Shown here: piece by piece, positions 32,057-42,692 of the stretch | Numbering within the stretch: the stretch's first letter is position 1 | Layout of the letters: each line of letters starts with the position of its first letter | Assembly: GCA_044869815.1 (NCBI GenBank) | Contig: JBIOXS010000108.1 | Coordinates: forward strand, 23,369-87,368 | From: Candidatus Rokuibacteriota bacterium | Lineage (GTDB): Bacteria; Methylomirabilota; Methylomirabilia; Rokubacteriales; CSP1-6 | DNA length: 64,000 bases | Direction: 5' to 3' | Program-made: the position numbers and the translations under genes | The notes under the pieces: generated by a model | The model's input: the letters and a program-made list of their open reading frames with translations, nothing else | Database searches by the model: none | What the model was told of the DNA's origin: nothing

Positions 32057-33043
32057 CTGCTCGGCTACGCGCTCCGGCGGCTGCTGTTCGCCATTCCGCT
32101 CCTGATCGGCATCACCTTCATATCCTTCCTCGTCATCCATCTCGCGCCCGGCGATCCGACGGAGCTCATCGGCAGCGAGGATCCCACGACCATCCAGTCC
32201 CTCGAGCAGATGCGCAAGCTCTACGGGCTCGATCAGCCGCTCTACGTGCAATACGGGAGCTGGCTCAAGCGCATCGTGCTCCTCGACTTCGGGCGGTCGT
32301 TCCAGCCGGACGGACGCCTGGTGCTCGACAAGATCCGCGAGCGCTTGCCCGTGACGCTGCTGCTGAATCTCATCGAGATGCTGATCATCCTGGCCATCGC
32401 GATTCCCATCGGCGTCCGGTCGGCCACCCATCAGTACTCCGCCTTCGACAAGGTCACCACGCTGTTCGTCTTCGTCGGGTTCGCCACGCCGGACTTCTGG
32501 CTGGCCGTGCTGCTCCAGATCCTGTTCGGGGTCCACCTCGGCTGGCTGCCGATGTCGCAGCTGCGGAATCCCATGTGGGAGTTCCTGCCGTTCTGGCGCC
32601 AGCAGTGGGACTTCGTCAGCCACCTCATCCTGCCCATCGCGGTAGCGACGTTCGGCGGTCTCGCCGGGTTCTCGCGCTACATGCGCCAGTCGATGCTCGA
32701 GGTGATCCGGCAGGACTACATCCAGTCGGCCCGGGCCAAGGGCCTCGACGAGCGCAAGGTCATCGGCAAGCACGCCCTGCGCAACGCGCTGATGCCGATC
32801 GTGACCATCCTCGGGCTGTCGCTGCCCGGGCTCATTGGCGGCAGCGTGATCGTGGAGACGATCTTCGCCATCCCCGGCATGGGGCTCCTGATGGTGCAGT
32901 CGGTGTTCGCGCGCGACTATCCCGTCATCATGGGGAACCTGGTTATCGTCTCGACGCTCACGCTGGTGGCCAACCTCATCGCGGACCTCACCTACAGCCT
33001 CGTCGATCCCCGCATCCGCGTGGGCCGCCGCGGCCGCCGCTGA
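32057..33043 (+). CDS. ABC transporter permease (DppB/OppB-like); the start codon is not canonical
   Basis: The conserved N-terminal TM segment (LLGYALRRLLFAIPLLIGITFISFLVIHLAPGDP) begins right after the SBP TGA, in the same frame. No ATG/GTG/TTG occurs until 32210, so the call starts at CTG 32057. Confidence 0.6.
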   Translation: MLGYALRRLLFAIPLLIGITFISFLVIHLAPGDPTELIGSEDPTTIQSLEQMRKLYGLDQPLYVQYGSWLKRIVLLDFGRSFQPDGRLVLDKIRERLPVTLLLNLIEMLIILAIAIPIGVRSATHQYSAFDKVTTLFVFVGFATPDFWLAVLLQILFGVHLGWLPMSQLRNPMWEFLPFWRQQWDFVSHLILPIAVATFGGLAGFSRYMRQSMLEVIRQDYIQSARAKGLDERKVIGKHALRNALMPIVTILGLSLPGLIGGSVIVETIFAIPGMGLLMVQSVFARDYPVIMGNLVIVSTLTLVANLIADLTYSLVDPRIRVGRRGRR

Positions 33044-33047
33044 CTCG

Positions 33048-33908
33048 ATGCGAGCGTTCTGGCGCGCGTTCGTCCGGAACAAGCTCGCCGTTCTCGGCGG
33101 CGTGGTGGTCGGCGTGCTGGTGGTGCTGGCCGCCATGGCGCCGCTGCTGGCGCCGTGGGATCCCCATCGACCCGACGTCAGGAAGATCCTCGAGCCCCCG
33201 TCGAAGCAGCACTGGCTCGGCACCGATCAGATCGGACGTGACGTCCTCTCGCGCATGCTCTACGGCTCGCGCGTCTCGCTCGCCGTCGGGTTCGTCTCCG
33301 TCGGCATCGCCACCGTCATCGGCATCCTGCTCGGCGCCGCCGCCGGCTACCACGGCGGCTGGGTGGACGGCTCCGTCATGCGACTGGTCGATCTGATGCT
33401 CGTGTTCCCGCGCTTCTTCCTCCTGCTGGCGGTCCTCGCGTTCCTGCAGCCCTCGATCTGGATGATCATGGCCGTGATCGGTCTCACGGGATGGATGGGT
33501 GTGGCACGCCTGGTGCGCGCCGAGTTCCTGGCCTTGAAGGAGCGCGAGTTCGTGCTGTGGTCGCAATCCATCGGCGCCAGCGCCACCCGGATCATCTGGC
33601 GGCACATCCTGCCCAACGCGATGGGCCCGATCCTGGTCGCCATGACTCTCGGCATTCCGGCCGCGATCCTCACCGAATCGGGCCTGTCGTTCCTCGGTCT
33701 CGGCGTGCGTCCGCCCTACGCGACCTGGGGCAACATCCTCAACGAAGGCCGCGACGCGATCGAGCTCGCCTGGTGGCAGTCGCTGTATCCCGGTCTGGCG
33801 ATCCTCCTGACGGTCCTCTCGTACAACCTTCTCGGCGAAGGCATCCGCGACGCGCTCGATCCCCGGCTGCGGCAGAGCGTCGGCCGGTTTGGTGGCCGTG
33901 GACGTTGA
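33048..33908 (+). CDS. ABC transporter permease (DppC/OppC-like)
   Basis: 286-aa BPD_transp_1-type permease. Confidence 0.85.
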   Translation: MRAFWRAFVRNKLAVLGGVVVGVLVVLAAMAPLLAPWDPHRPDVRKILEPPSKQHWLGTDQIGRDVLSRMLYGSRVSLAVGFVSVGIATVIGILLGAAAGYHGGWVDGSVMRLVDLMLVFPRFFLLLAVLAFLQPSIWMIMAVIGLTGWMGVARLVRAEFLALKEREFVLWSQSIGASATRIIWRHILPNAMGPILVAMTLGIPAAILTESGLSFLGLGVRPPYATWGNILNEGRDAIELAWWQSLYPGLAILLTVLSYNLLGEGIRDALDPRLRQSVGRFGGRGR

Positions 33909-33931
33909 GGTATACTTCGTCGCTGTCTCGA

Positions 33932-34016
<85 letters not shown>

Positions 34017-34329
34017 TGATGTTCTAAGCGGGCACCGTGAGCGAGCGACTCCCGGTGCGACAGCGCGCGCGAGAGGATTTTGCGACGCAGCCTTCGGGGC
34101 GTAGCCCGAGTGACCATCGAAGAAGTTTCCCCACTCCGTAGATCTACGATCTGTTCTCGAGTGTCGCTGGCTGCTAGACTTCCGTCCTCTCAGTTCTGGC
34201 GCAATTGCGTGGTGTCGAGAAAGGTCTGAGCAATAGCTGCGGGCGACGGCCGTCGAGAAATTCTGGTTGTGGCACCGGTACCGGGTGGAGTCTTTGCCGC
34301 AGCCCTGAGCGAGGCAGAAATGCCACAGC

Positions 34330-36639
34330 GTGTTTAAGCAACGCCCGCTGAGGGATATCCGCTCGCATCTCGTCGTTCTGGTGCTCGCCGCCACGGTGCC
34401 GGTTATCGCCTTCGCGGGCGTACTCACCGCGGTCTTCTGGCATCAGCAACGGGCCGCCTTCGAGCAGCAATTCCTCGAGCGCGTGCGCGCCATGTCGATT
34501 GCGCTCGATCGCGAAGTGGATGGGCACATCCGCGCTCTCCAGACGCTCGCTCATTCCCAGCTTCTCGCTGCCGGGGACATGTCCGCCTTCTACGAGCAAG
34601 CGAAACGGGTGAAGAACGAGCAGCCCGGGTGGGCCACGGTGATCCTGGCGGATATCAGCGGGGCCCAGATCTTCAACCTCCGACGGCCGTTCGGCGCGCC
34701 GCTGCCGAGGACCGCCTTCGGCGATACGGCAATCGCGCGCATCGTGGCCACAGGGCGGCCGGTGGTGGCTCCGCTCATCAAGGGTGCGGTGCTCGCGGCG
34801 TACACGACAAACGTTGGCATCCCCGTGAAGCGGCAGGGTGTCGTCACGCACATCCTGATCGTCGCCGTCGACCCGCCCGCGTGGCTGGAGTTCCTGGGCA
34901 GGTATCCGATCACCCCCGACGCGACGATGACACTGCTGGACCAGAACGGCGTTGTCATCGCGCGCACCCTGAACAACGAGCGCTGGATCGGCCAGCGGCC
35001 TGCGCCGGCGCTGTATGAGAAATCCCGCGTGAGCGCTGAAGGGACGTACCGCAGCCTCGGCCTGGAGGGGCAGTGGTTCTACTCCGCCCACAGTCGCGCG
35101 CCGCTCTCGGGCTGGACGGTGGCGACCGGTGTTCCGGCGGCGGGCGTCGAGGCGGCCCTATGGCGGTCGACCGCCGCGATGGTTGGTGGCGGCGTATTGT
35201 CGGCCGTCCTTGCCGTCGGCCTCGCCTACCTCTTCGGCCGCAGAATCGCTCAGCCCATCTCCCTCTTGGCACGGTCCGCGGCGGCGCTCGCGAGCGGCGG
35301 CCGGGTACCCGAGCCGCCATCGACAACGATCGCCGAGGTCGCCGAGACGTCGCGAGCGTTTGCGGATGCGGCGGTTCGTCTCCAGCGGCGGGAAGCGGCA
35401 CTACGCGAGGCACATGCCGTGGCGGAAGACGCGAACCGAGCGAAGGACGAGTTCTTGGCCGTGCTATCGCACGAGCTTCGCACGCCGATCAATGCGGTGT
35501 ACGGGTGGACGCGAATGCTGCACGCCGGGCAGATCACCGAGGGTGGCAAGGAGCGCGCGCTCGACGCGATCATGCGAAACGCGCACGCGCAGGTGCAGCT
35601 GATCGACGACTTGCTGGACGTCTCGCGAATCGTCACCGGGAAATTACGGCTCGATGTCCGGTCGGTCGACCTCCCGACCGTTGTCGAAGCCGCCCTCGAT
35701 GCCGTGCGTCCCGCCGCCGAGGGCAAGGGCATCCGTCTCCAGCACGTCGTCGATCCCCGGGCGGGACGAATCCTGGGGGACCCCGACCGTCTTCAGCAGG
35801 TGGTGTGGAATCTCGTGATGAATGCGATCAAGTTCACGCCGAAGGGCGGTCGGGTTCAGGTCGGCCTGAGATGCGTCAACTCGCACGTCGAGATCGGCGT
35901 GAGTGACACGGGAGAGGGCATCTCCTCCGACATGTTGCCACTCGTATTCGACCGATTCCGCCAGGCGGACACCAGCAGCACGCGACTGCATGCGGGCCTG
36001 GGCCTCGGACTGGCGCTCGTCCGTCACCTCGTCGAGGCTCACGGCGGGACGGTGACGGCGCAGAGTCCCGGCAAGGGGAAAGGCGCGACCTTCGTGGTGA
36101 CGCTGCCGGTGGCGCTCGCGAAGATCGAAGACGGCACCGCCGAAAGAGTCCACCCGACGGCACGCGCGGTCATGCCTACTTATGTGGGACCCGCGCTCGA
36201 AGGGATCAAGGTCCTCGTCGTCGATGACGATCCTGATGCTCTTGATCTCGCGACGGCAATCCTCGTATCCGCACGCGCGGACGTGAGGACCAGCGGTTCA
36301 GCTGATGAGGCGGTCGGGGTATTCCAAGCGTGGCCTCCTGACGTGCTGATCGCGGACATCGAGATGCCCGGCGAGGACGGCCTATCGCTGATTCGCAAGA
36401 TCCGCGCGTTTGAGCCTGCCCGCGGCGGCAAGGTCCCGGCCATCGCGCTGACAGCCTATGGCCGCGTGGAGGATCGCATGCGGACGCTGTCCGCAGGCTT
36501 CAGCATGCACGTGCCAAAGCCTGTCGAGCCCGCGGAGCTGACGATGGTGGTCGCGAGTCTTGCGGGGCGCGAGGCGCCACGCCGGACCGACCGCACTCCC
36601 TCCGAGCCGCGTGGAGGCGCTGCTCCGATGAAGCCATGA
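34330..36639 (+). CDS. Hybrid sensor histidine kinase/response regulator (periplasmic sensor, HAMP, HisKA, HATPase, REC)
   Basis: GTG start. It has two TM helices flanking a sensor domain of about 250 aa. The H-box is FLAVLSHELRTPINAV. The G-boxes are DTGEGI and GLGLGL. The C-terminal REC domain reads KVLVVDDDPD...DIEMPGEDG. Confidence 0.85.
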   Translation: MFKQRPLRDIRSHLVVLVLAATVPVIAFAGVLTAVFWHQQRAAFEQQFLERVRAMSIALDREVDGHIRALQTLAHSQLLAAGDMSAFYEQAKRVKNEQPGWATVILADISGAQIFNLRRPFGAPLPRTAFGDTAIARIVATGRPVVAPLIKGAVLAAYTTNVGIPVKRQGVVTHILIVAVDPPAWLEFLGRYPITPDATMTLLDQNGVVIARTLNNERWIGQRPAPALYEKSRVSAEGTYRSLGLEGQWFYSAHSRAPLSGWTVATGVPAAGVEAALWRSTAAMVGGGVLSAVLAVGLAYLFGRRIAQPISLLARSAAALASGGRVPEPPSTTIAEVAETSRAFADAAVRLQRREAALREAHAVAEDANRAKDEFLAVLSHELRTPINAVYGWTRMLHAGQITEGGKERALDAIMRNAHAQVQLIDDLLDVSRIVTGKLRLDVRSVDLPTVVEAALDAVRPAAEGKGIRLQHVVDPRAGRILGDPDRLQQVVWNLVMNAIKFTPKGGRVQVGLRCVNSHVEIGVSDTGEGISSDMLPLVFDRFRQADTSSTRLHAGLGLGLALVRHLVEAHGGTVTAQSPGKGKGATFVVTLPVALAKIEDGTAERVHPTARAVMPTYVGPALEGIKVLVVDDDPDALDLATAILVSARADVRTSGSADEAVGVFQAWPPDVLIADIEMPGEDGLSLIRKIRAFEPARGGKVPAIALTAYGRVEDRMRTLSAGFSMHVPKPVEPAELTMVVASLAGREAPRRTDRTPSEPRGGAAPMKP

Positions 36640-36780
36640 AGGTTCGCTCGAATCTGCTCGTCCCACGGTCCTTACCGCCCTGCTGACGACAGCCGGGCCG
36701 GCTGAGCGGTCGTCGCGACTCCAGACGAACGGCGCGGCCCGCCCTGCGGCGAGCCGCGCCGATGTGCTGCACGAAGCGCC

Positions 36781-37263
36781 GGGTTACTGCAGCGGCTTCA
36801 CCGCGATTTCGACGGCGACCGTGTCACCGCGCTTGACGCCTGCCAGCGCCGGCGGCGGCACGTGCAGGTCGAGCGTGCCGGCCTCGGCCGTCTTCAGGCT
36901 GAAGGTCCCCTTCGAGTTGTCGATCTTGGTGACCTGACCGGTCATCGTGTGCCGACCGAGGTAGTCGCCGCTGACGGCCGCCGAGGGGCTCGCCGCGGGC
37001 GCCGTCACCGCCGGCGCCGTGACCGAGGTCGCGCCGCTGGGCGTCGGGCGCGGCGCCGCCCCGCGAGATGTTGAAGGATTGCCAACGTCGGGGCTCGCGC
37101 TCGGGCTGCCGCTCGTCGACGGTGAGCCGGAACCGCTCGTTCCGGTGCCCCCGGCCGCGGAGCCGCCGGCGCTGCTGCCAGCGTCGGCGATGGTCACCGC
37201 CAGCGGGCCGACCGCCAGCGCGATCGCCAGCAGCAGAGAGAACATTGCCATCATTGCGTTCAT
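36781..37263 (-). CDS. Secreted protein with a long Gly/Ser/Pro/Thr linker and a small C-terminal beta-domain (CusF-like?)
   Basis: A signal peptide is followed by the linker. The C-terminal roughly 60 aa (HTMTGQVTKIDNSKGTFSLKTAEAGTLDLHV...KRGDTVAVEI) loosely resemble CusF-type OB folds. Confidence 0.4.
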
Positions 37264-37347
37264 CGAGATCCTCCTTCGAAACTACGGACTGCTCCCTCGA
37301 CAATTACGGCGCCATCAGCGGAGCAACGGACATGCCACCCGACGGCT

Positions 37348-38331
37348 GTGATGCGCGTCGATCGCGCGCCGGGCCGTCGTGCGGCTCGCGAGACGGCATG
37401 GCATAATGAGGAGGTTTTGAGAGCGAAAAACGCCCTTCCGCTGCTCGATCCGAACGCAGCCCTCCGCGTCCCCAAGCCGGCGTGGTTGAAGGTCCGCGCG
37501 CCCGGCGGTCCGAACTACATGCGGCTCAAGACGCTGATGCGCGCCGCCAACCTGCACTCGGTGTGCGAGGAGGCGCGCTGTCCCAACATCGGCGAGTGCT
37601 GGGAAGACGCCACGGCGACGTTCATGATCCTCGGCGACGTGTGCACGCGCAACTGCGGCTATTGCGCCATCGCCCACGGTCGACCGGTGTGGGAGGATCG
37701 CGAAGAGCCGGAGCGCATCGGGCGCGCGGTGGCCGACCTGGCGCTCGAGTACGTCGTCATCACGTCGGTGAACCGTGACGATCTCGCCGACGGCGGCGCC
37801 GCGCACTGGGCGGCCACCATCGGCGCCGTGCGGCGCCATGCGCCGGCCTGCCGGGTCGAGGTGCTCATCCCCGACTTCCAGGGTCTGCGCACGTCACTCG
37901 AGGCCGTGATCGCGGCGGGTCCCGACGTCCTCAACCACAACACGGAGACGGTGCCGCGACTCTACAAGCGTGCCCGCCACGGAGGACGCTACGAGCGCAC
38001 GCTGGAGCTGTTCCGGCGTGCGCGTGCCGTGGCGCCGGCGCTGCCGCGGAAGTCGGGGATCATCCTCGGCCTCGGCGAAGAGCGCGACGAGCTGCTGGCG
38101 ACGATGCGTGACCTCGTCGCCGTCGGCGTCTCGATCCTGACGCTCGGTCAGTACCTCCGCCCCTCGGCGGCCCACCTGCCGGTGGAGAAGTATTACCATC
38201 CCGACGAGTTCGCGACGCTGGCCGAGCACGGCCGCGCGCTCGGCTTCATGCACGTCGAGTCCGGCCCGCTCGTCCGCAGCTCGTATCACGCGAAGAAGCA
38301 GGCCGACAGCGCGAGCGAAATCGGCGCATGA
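37348..38331 (+). CDS. lipA: Lipoyl synthase
   Basis: It has [13 protein letters not shown] and the radical-SAM motif CTRNCGYCA. The start is uncertain because a TTG lies after GAGGAGG. Confidence 0.9.
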   Translation: MMRVDRAPGRRAARETAWHNEEVLRAKNALPLLDPNAALRVPKPAWLKVRAPGGPNYMRLKTLMRAANLHSVCEEARCPNIGECWEDATATFMILGDVCTRNCGYCAIAHGRPVWEDREEPERIGRAVADLALEYVVITSVNRDDLADGGAAHWAATIGAVRRHAPACRVEVLIPDFQGLRTSLEAVIAAGPDVLNHNTETVPRLYKRARHGGRYERTLELFRRARAVAPALPRKSGIILGLGEERDELLATMRDLVAVGVSILTLGQYLRPSAAHLPVEKYYHPDEFATLAEHGRALGFMHVESGPLVRSSYHAKKQADSASEIGA

Positions 38332-38681
38332 CCGAGTACGGGATCATCGTGCTGGTCTTCGCGTTCGCGGCCGCGGTGGCGGGAGCGTTGCTGTTCATCC
38401 CGACGCTCATCGCACCCAGACGGCTGACGCCGGTGAAGGCCGAGCCGTTCGAGTGCGGGAAGGATGCCCTCGGCGTGTCGGAAGGGCGGTTCGCCATCAA
38501 GTTCTCGACGATCGCCATCCTCTTCATCCTCATCGACATCGAGCTGCTGTTCGTGTGGCCGTGGGCGATGCTGTACCGGACGCTCGGCGTGTTCGGCTTC
38601 GTCGAGATGATGGTCTTCCTCGGCATCCTGATGCTCGGCTTCCTCTACATCTGGCGCAAGGGAGGGCTCGAGTGGGAGTAG
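38328..38681 (+). CDS. nuoA: NADH-quinone oxidoreductase subunit A (locus 2)
   Basis: The ATG overlaps the lipA stop (ATGA). It has the NuoA motif FECGKD. Confidence 0.85.
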   Translation: MTEYGIIVLVFAFAAAVAGALLFIPTLIAPRRLTPVKAEPFECGKDALGVSEGRFAIKFSTIAILFILIDIELLFVWPWAMLYRTLGVFGFVEMMVFLGILMLGFLYIWRKGGLEWE

Positions 38682-39130
38682 GCAGCTTCTTCACGGCGAA
38701 GCTCGACGAGGCGATCGGCTGGGCGCGGAAGTACTCCATCTTCCAGTACCCGTTCGTGACGGCGTGCTGCGGCATGGAGTACATGGCCACCGCCTGCTCG
38801 CATTACGACGTCGACCGGTTCGGCGCCGGTCTGCCGCGCTTCTCGCCTCGGCAGGCGGACGTCCTCTTCGTCGTGGGAACCATCTCGCACAAGATGGCGC
38901 CGGTCCTGAAGCGCATCTACGACCAGATGACGGAGCCGAAGTGGGTCGTGGCCTTCGGTGTCTGCACCTGCACGGGCGGGTTCTACGACAACTACGCCAC
39001 CGTCCAGGGCATCGACACGATCATTCCCGTCGACGTCTACATCCCGGGCTGTCCGCCGCGCCCGGAGTCGGTGCTGGACGGGCTCATGAAACTTCAAGAT
39101 CTGATCGCGGCCGGGGCGCAGCGCTACTGA
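38672..39130 (+). CDS. nuoB: NADH-quinone oxidoreductase subunit B (locus 2)
   Basis: GTG after AAGGGAGGG. It has [16 protein letters not shown] and PGCPP. Confidence 0.85.
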   Translation: MGVGSFFTAKLDEAIGWARKYSIFQYPFVTACCGMEYMATACSHYDVDRFGAGLPRFSPRQADVLFVVGTISHKMAPVLKRIYDQMTEPKWVVAFGVCTCTGGFYDNYATVQGIDTIIPVDVYIPGCPPRPESVLDGLMKLQDLIAAGAQRY

Positions 39131-39627
39131 TGGACGGCGCCGCCATCCTGGACCGGCTGCGGACGCGCTTCGGCGCGGCCGTGGTGCAGACGCACGCGCA
39201 TCGCGGTGATCACACCGCCGTGGTGGAGCGCTCGGCCATCGTCGACGTGCTCCGCCTGTGTCGCGACGATCCTGCGCTCGGCTTCGATATGCTGAGCGAC
39301 CTCACCGCCGTCGATTTCCTGAAGTTCCCCGGGCGCGAGGACGGCCCGCGATTCGAGGTCGTCTACCATCTCTATTCGCTGCCGCACAACCACCGCGTCC
39401 GATTGAAAGTCAACGTCGACGAGGACGACCCCGTCGTCCCGACCGCGGTGGGCCTCTGGCCGATCGCCAACTGGCTCGAGCGCGAGGTGTGGGACATGTT
39501 CGGGATCCGCTTCGACGGCCATCCCGATCCGCGCCGCCTGCTCATGTACGAGGAGTTCGTGGGCCACGCGCTGCGCAAGGACTACCCGATCAACCGACGG
39601 CAGCCGCTGATCGGTCCGAAGATCTGA
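39130..39627 (+). CDS. nuoC: NADH-quinone oxidoreductase subunit C (locus 2)
   Basis: TGATG overlap. It has EREVWDMFGIRFDGHPD. Confidence 0.8.
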   Translation: MDGAAILDRLRTRFGAAVVQTHAHRGDHTAVVERSAIVDVLRLCRDDPALGFDMLSDLTAVDFLKFPGREDGPRFEVVYHLYSLPHNHRVRLKVNVDEDDPVVPTAVGLWPIANWLEREVWDMFGIRFDGHPDPRRLLMYEEFVGHALRKDYPINRRQPLIGPKI

Positions 39628-39629
39628 CG

Positions 39630-41000
39630 ATGGCGGAGACCACGCGCCGCGAGATCATGCTCGGCGAGGGCGCCGGCACCGGGACCGGCCAGGATCTGAA
39701 GGTCGGCGTGGGTCCCGCGCATCCGGCGATGCACGGCATCATCCGCATCGTCGCGGATCTCGACGGCGAGATCATCCGCAAGGCCGACGTCGAGATCGGC
39801 TACCTGCACCGCGCCTTCGAGAAGGACTGCGAGGTCGGCGGCTGGAACAACGCCATTCCGTACACGGACCGGCTCAACTACGTCTCGCCGCTGATCAACA
39901 ACTTCGCCTACGCCTCGGCCGTCGAGAAGCTCCTCGGCATCGACGTCACCGAGCGCTGCAAGTACATCCGGACGATCATGTCCGAGATCTCGCGCGTCTG
40001 CGATCACCTCACGTGCGTGGGCGCCTCCTCGATGGAGCTCGGCGCCTTCACCGTCTTCCTGTACATGATCAAGGCCCGCGAGTTCCTGTGGGAGCTCGTG
40101 GAGGACGTGACCGGCGCGCGGCTGACCATCTCCTACGGCCGCGTCGGCGGTGTCAAGGCGGACCTGCCGGAGGGCTTCGACGCGAAGGTCCGCAGCGCGT
40201 TCAAGCAGACGCGCGAGGTGCTCGACGAGGTTCACCGGCTGCTGACCGGCAACCGGATCTTCATGGACCGCATGGTTGGCGTCGGCGCGCTGTCGCGTGA
40301 GGAGACGATCGCCTACGCGATCACGGGGCCGCTGCTGCGGGCGGCCGGCGTGCCCTACGATCTGCGGCGGGCGGCTCCGCACTGGGCGTACGACCGCGTG
40401 GACTTCGAGGTGGTGACCCAGCAGGGCGGCGACAACTACGCGCGCTATCTCGTGCGCATGGGCGAGATGGAGCAGTCGATGCGCATCGCCGAGCAGGCGC
40501 TCGCCACGATTCCGGGCGGGCCGATCAACGTCGACTTCGAGGGGCGCGCCATCGATCCCGCCGCCTACATCGACCAGGGCAAGCAGGGCAAGACGGAGGG
40601 GCTGCTGCTGATGCCGATCCGGCTCTCCCCGAACCTCGAGGGGCAGAACAAGCCGGCGTGGGATCGCGTGAACGCCGCCGACAAGAGCGTGGTGCTGCCC
40701 CCGAAGGAGAGCACGTACGGCTCGATCGAAGGGCTCATGAACCATTTCATGCTGATCATGGAGGGCTACGGGATCCGGCCGCCGGCCGGCGAGGCCTACT
40801 TCGCCTCGGAAGGCGCCAACGGCGAGCTTGGATTCTACGTGGTCTCCGACGGCGGCGACCGCCCTTATCGCGTGCGCTGCCGGCCGCCGTGCTTGCCGCC
40901 GATGGCCGCCTTGCATCGCATGATCGAGGGCGAGATGGTGGCCGATCTCATTCCCACCTTCGGCTCGGTGAACATGATCGGGGGCGAGCTTGACCGTTAG
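39630..41000 (+). CDS. nuoD: NADH-quinone oxidoreductase subunit D (locus 2)
   Basis: 456 aa with an insertion relative to the locus-1 NuoD. The C-terminus ends IGGELDR. Confidence 0.85.
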   Translation: MAETTRREIMLGEGAGTGTGQDLKVGVGPAHPAMHGIIRIVADLDGEIIRKADVEIGYLHRAFEKDCEVGGWNNAIPYTDRLNYVSPLINNFAYASAVEKLLGIDVTERCKYIRTIMSEISRVCDHLTCVGASSMELGAFTVFLYMIKAREFLWELVEDVTGARLTISYGRVGGVKADLPEGFDAKVRSAFKQTREVLDEVHRLLTGNRIFMDRMVGVGALSREETIAYAITGPLLRAAGVPYDLRRAAPHWAYDRVDFEVVTQQGGDNYARYLVRMGEMEQSMRIAEQALATIPGGPINVDFEGRAIDPAAYIDQGKQGKTEGLLLMPIRLSPNLEGQNKPAWDRVNAADKSVVLPPKESTYGSIEGLMNHFMLIMEGYGIRPPAGEAYFASEGANGELGFYVVSDGGDRPYRVRCRPPCLPPMAALHRMIEGEMVADLIPTFGSVNMIGGELDR

Positions 41001-41472
41001 CGCGCCCCGGTTCTCTCCCGAGCAGCTCGCCGAGGTGCGCCGCCTGCAGTCGCTCTATCCGGATCCTCGCGGCGCGCTGCTTCCCGTCCTGCACATGGCC
41101 CAGGACACGTTCGGCCACGTCTCGCTCGAGATGGAGGAGTACGTGGCCACGCTGTTCGGGCTGTCGCCGGCGCAGGTCCACGAGGTGGTGACGTTCTACA
41201 CGCTGTTCTTCCAGCAGCCGAAGGGCCGGCACGTCATCGCCGTCTGTCACAACCTCTCCTGTCATCTCGCCGGCGCCCCTGCCATCCTCGCTCACCTCAA
41301 GGTGCGGCTCGGCATCGAGCCCGGCGAGACCACCGAGGATGGCCGCATCACCTTCCAGGCCGTCGAGTGCCTGTGCGCGTGCGAAGCGGCGCCCATGGCC
41401 CAGGTCGACGACCGCTACGAGCTGAACCTGACCCGCGAGAAGGTCGACCGGATCCTCGAGGCGCTGCCCTGA
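40990..41472 (+). CDS. nuoE: NADH-quinone oxidoreductase subunit E (2Fe-2S)
   Basis: TTG start. It has the cysteines CHNLSC and CLCACE. Confidence 0.85.
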   Translation: MTVSAPRFSPEQLAEVRRLQSLYPDPRGALLPVLHMAQDTFGHVSLEMEEYVATLFGLSPAQVHEVVTFYTLFFQQPKGRHVIAVCHNLSCHLAGAPAILAHLKVRLGIEPGETTEDGRITFQAVECLCACEAAPMAQVDDRYELNLTREKVDRILEALP

Positions 41473-42692
41473 TGGCCGAGCTCGTCCTGATGCGGAACTT
41501 CGAGCACGCCAACTCGCATACGCTCGGCGTCTATCGCGAGCACGGCGGCTACGCCGCCTGGGACAAGGCCCGGCAGATGGAGCCGGCGGCGCTGGTGGAG
41601 GAGGTCAAGCAGTCGAACCTCCGCGGGCTCGGCGGCGCCGGCTTCCCGACGGGGGCCAAGTGGTCGTTCATTCCCAAGAACCACACGGGGCCCGTCTATC
41701 TCGTGGTCAACGCGGACGAGGGCGAGCCGGGCACCTTCAAGGACCGCTACCTGCTGGAGAAGGATCCGCATGCCCTGATCGAGGGCATGCTGATCTCCGC
41801 ACGCGCCATCCGCTCGGCGCTCGGCTTCGTCTACATCCGCGGCGAGTACGTCGAGCCGTGGCGGCGCTTCAGCGCGGCCGTCCGGGAAGCGTACGACGCG
41901 GGACTGCTCGGCCAGGGATTCGACATCGTCGTGCATCGGGGAGCCGGCGCGTACATCTGCGGAGAGGAAACCGGGTTGATCTCCTCCCTGGAGGGCAAGA
42001 AGGGGTGGCCCAAGGTCAAGCCGCCGTTCCCGGCGATCAAGGGCGCCTTCGCGCAGCCGACCATCGTGAACAACGTCGAGACGCTCGCGTGCGTGCCCCC
42101 GATCATCAGCCGCGGCGCCGCCTGGTTCGCCGGCCTCGGCACCAAGACCCAGGGTGGCACGCGGATGTACTCGGTCTCGGGCCGCGTGAAGAAGCCCGCC
42201 GTGTACGAGACGCCGGTGTCGATCACGCTGCGCCGGCTCATCGAGCTCGCGGGCGGCGTGAGCCACTCGGGACGGCTGAAGGCCGTCGTGCCGGGCGGCG
42301 GCTCGGCGCCCATCCTGACCGCCGACGAGATCGACGTCGTCATGGACGTCGACGGCCTCAAGACTGCCGGCTCGATGATCGGCTCCGCGGGCGTGATCGT
42401 GCTGGACGAGAGCGCGTCGGTGCCGGAAGCGCTCAGGGTCCTGGCGCGCTTCTACGCCCACGAATCGTGCGGGCAGTGCACCCCGTGCCGCGAGTCGACG
42501 GGGTGGATCTACAAGATGGTGCACCGCATCGTCGAGGGTCACGGCCGCAAGGACGACCTCGACACCATCATCGACGTCGCCAGGCGCGGCGCCGGCACGA
42601 CCATCTGCGCCTTCTACGACGGCGCCGTCGGCCCCTACATCTCCTACATCCAGAAGTTCCGCCACGAGTTCGAGGCGCTATGCCGCGGCTGA
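41472..42692 (+). CDS. nuoF: NADH-quinone oxidoreductase subunit F (FMN, NADH-binding, 4Fe-4S)
   Basis: TGATG overlap. It has GLGGAGFPTG and ESCGQCTPCRE. Confidence 0.9.
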   Translation: MAELVLMRNFEHANSHTLGVYREHGGYAAWDKARQMEPAALVEEVKQSNLRGLGGAGFPTGAKWSFIPKNHTGPVYLVVNADEGEPGTFKDRYLLEKDPHALIEGMLISARAIRSALGFVYIRGEYVEPWRRFSAAVREAYDAGLLGQGFDIVVHRGAGAYICGEETGLISSLEGKKGWPKVKPPFPAIKGAFAQPTIVNNVETLACVPPIISRGAAWFAGLGTKTQGGTRMYSVSGRVKKPAVYETPVSITLRRLIELAGGVSHSGRLKAVVPGGGSAPILTADEIDVVMDVDGLKTAGSMIGSAGVIVLDESASVPEALRVLARFYAHESCGQCTPCRESTGWIYKMVHRIVEGHGRKDDLDTIIDVARRGAGTTICAFYDGAVGPYISYIQKFRHEFEALCRG

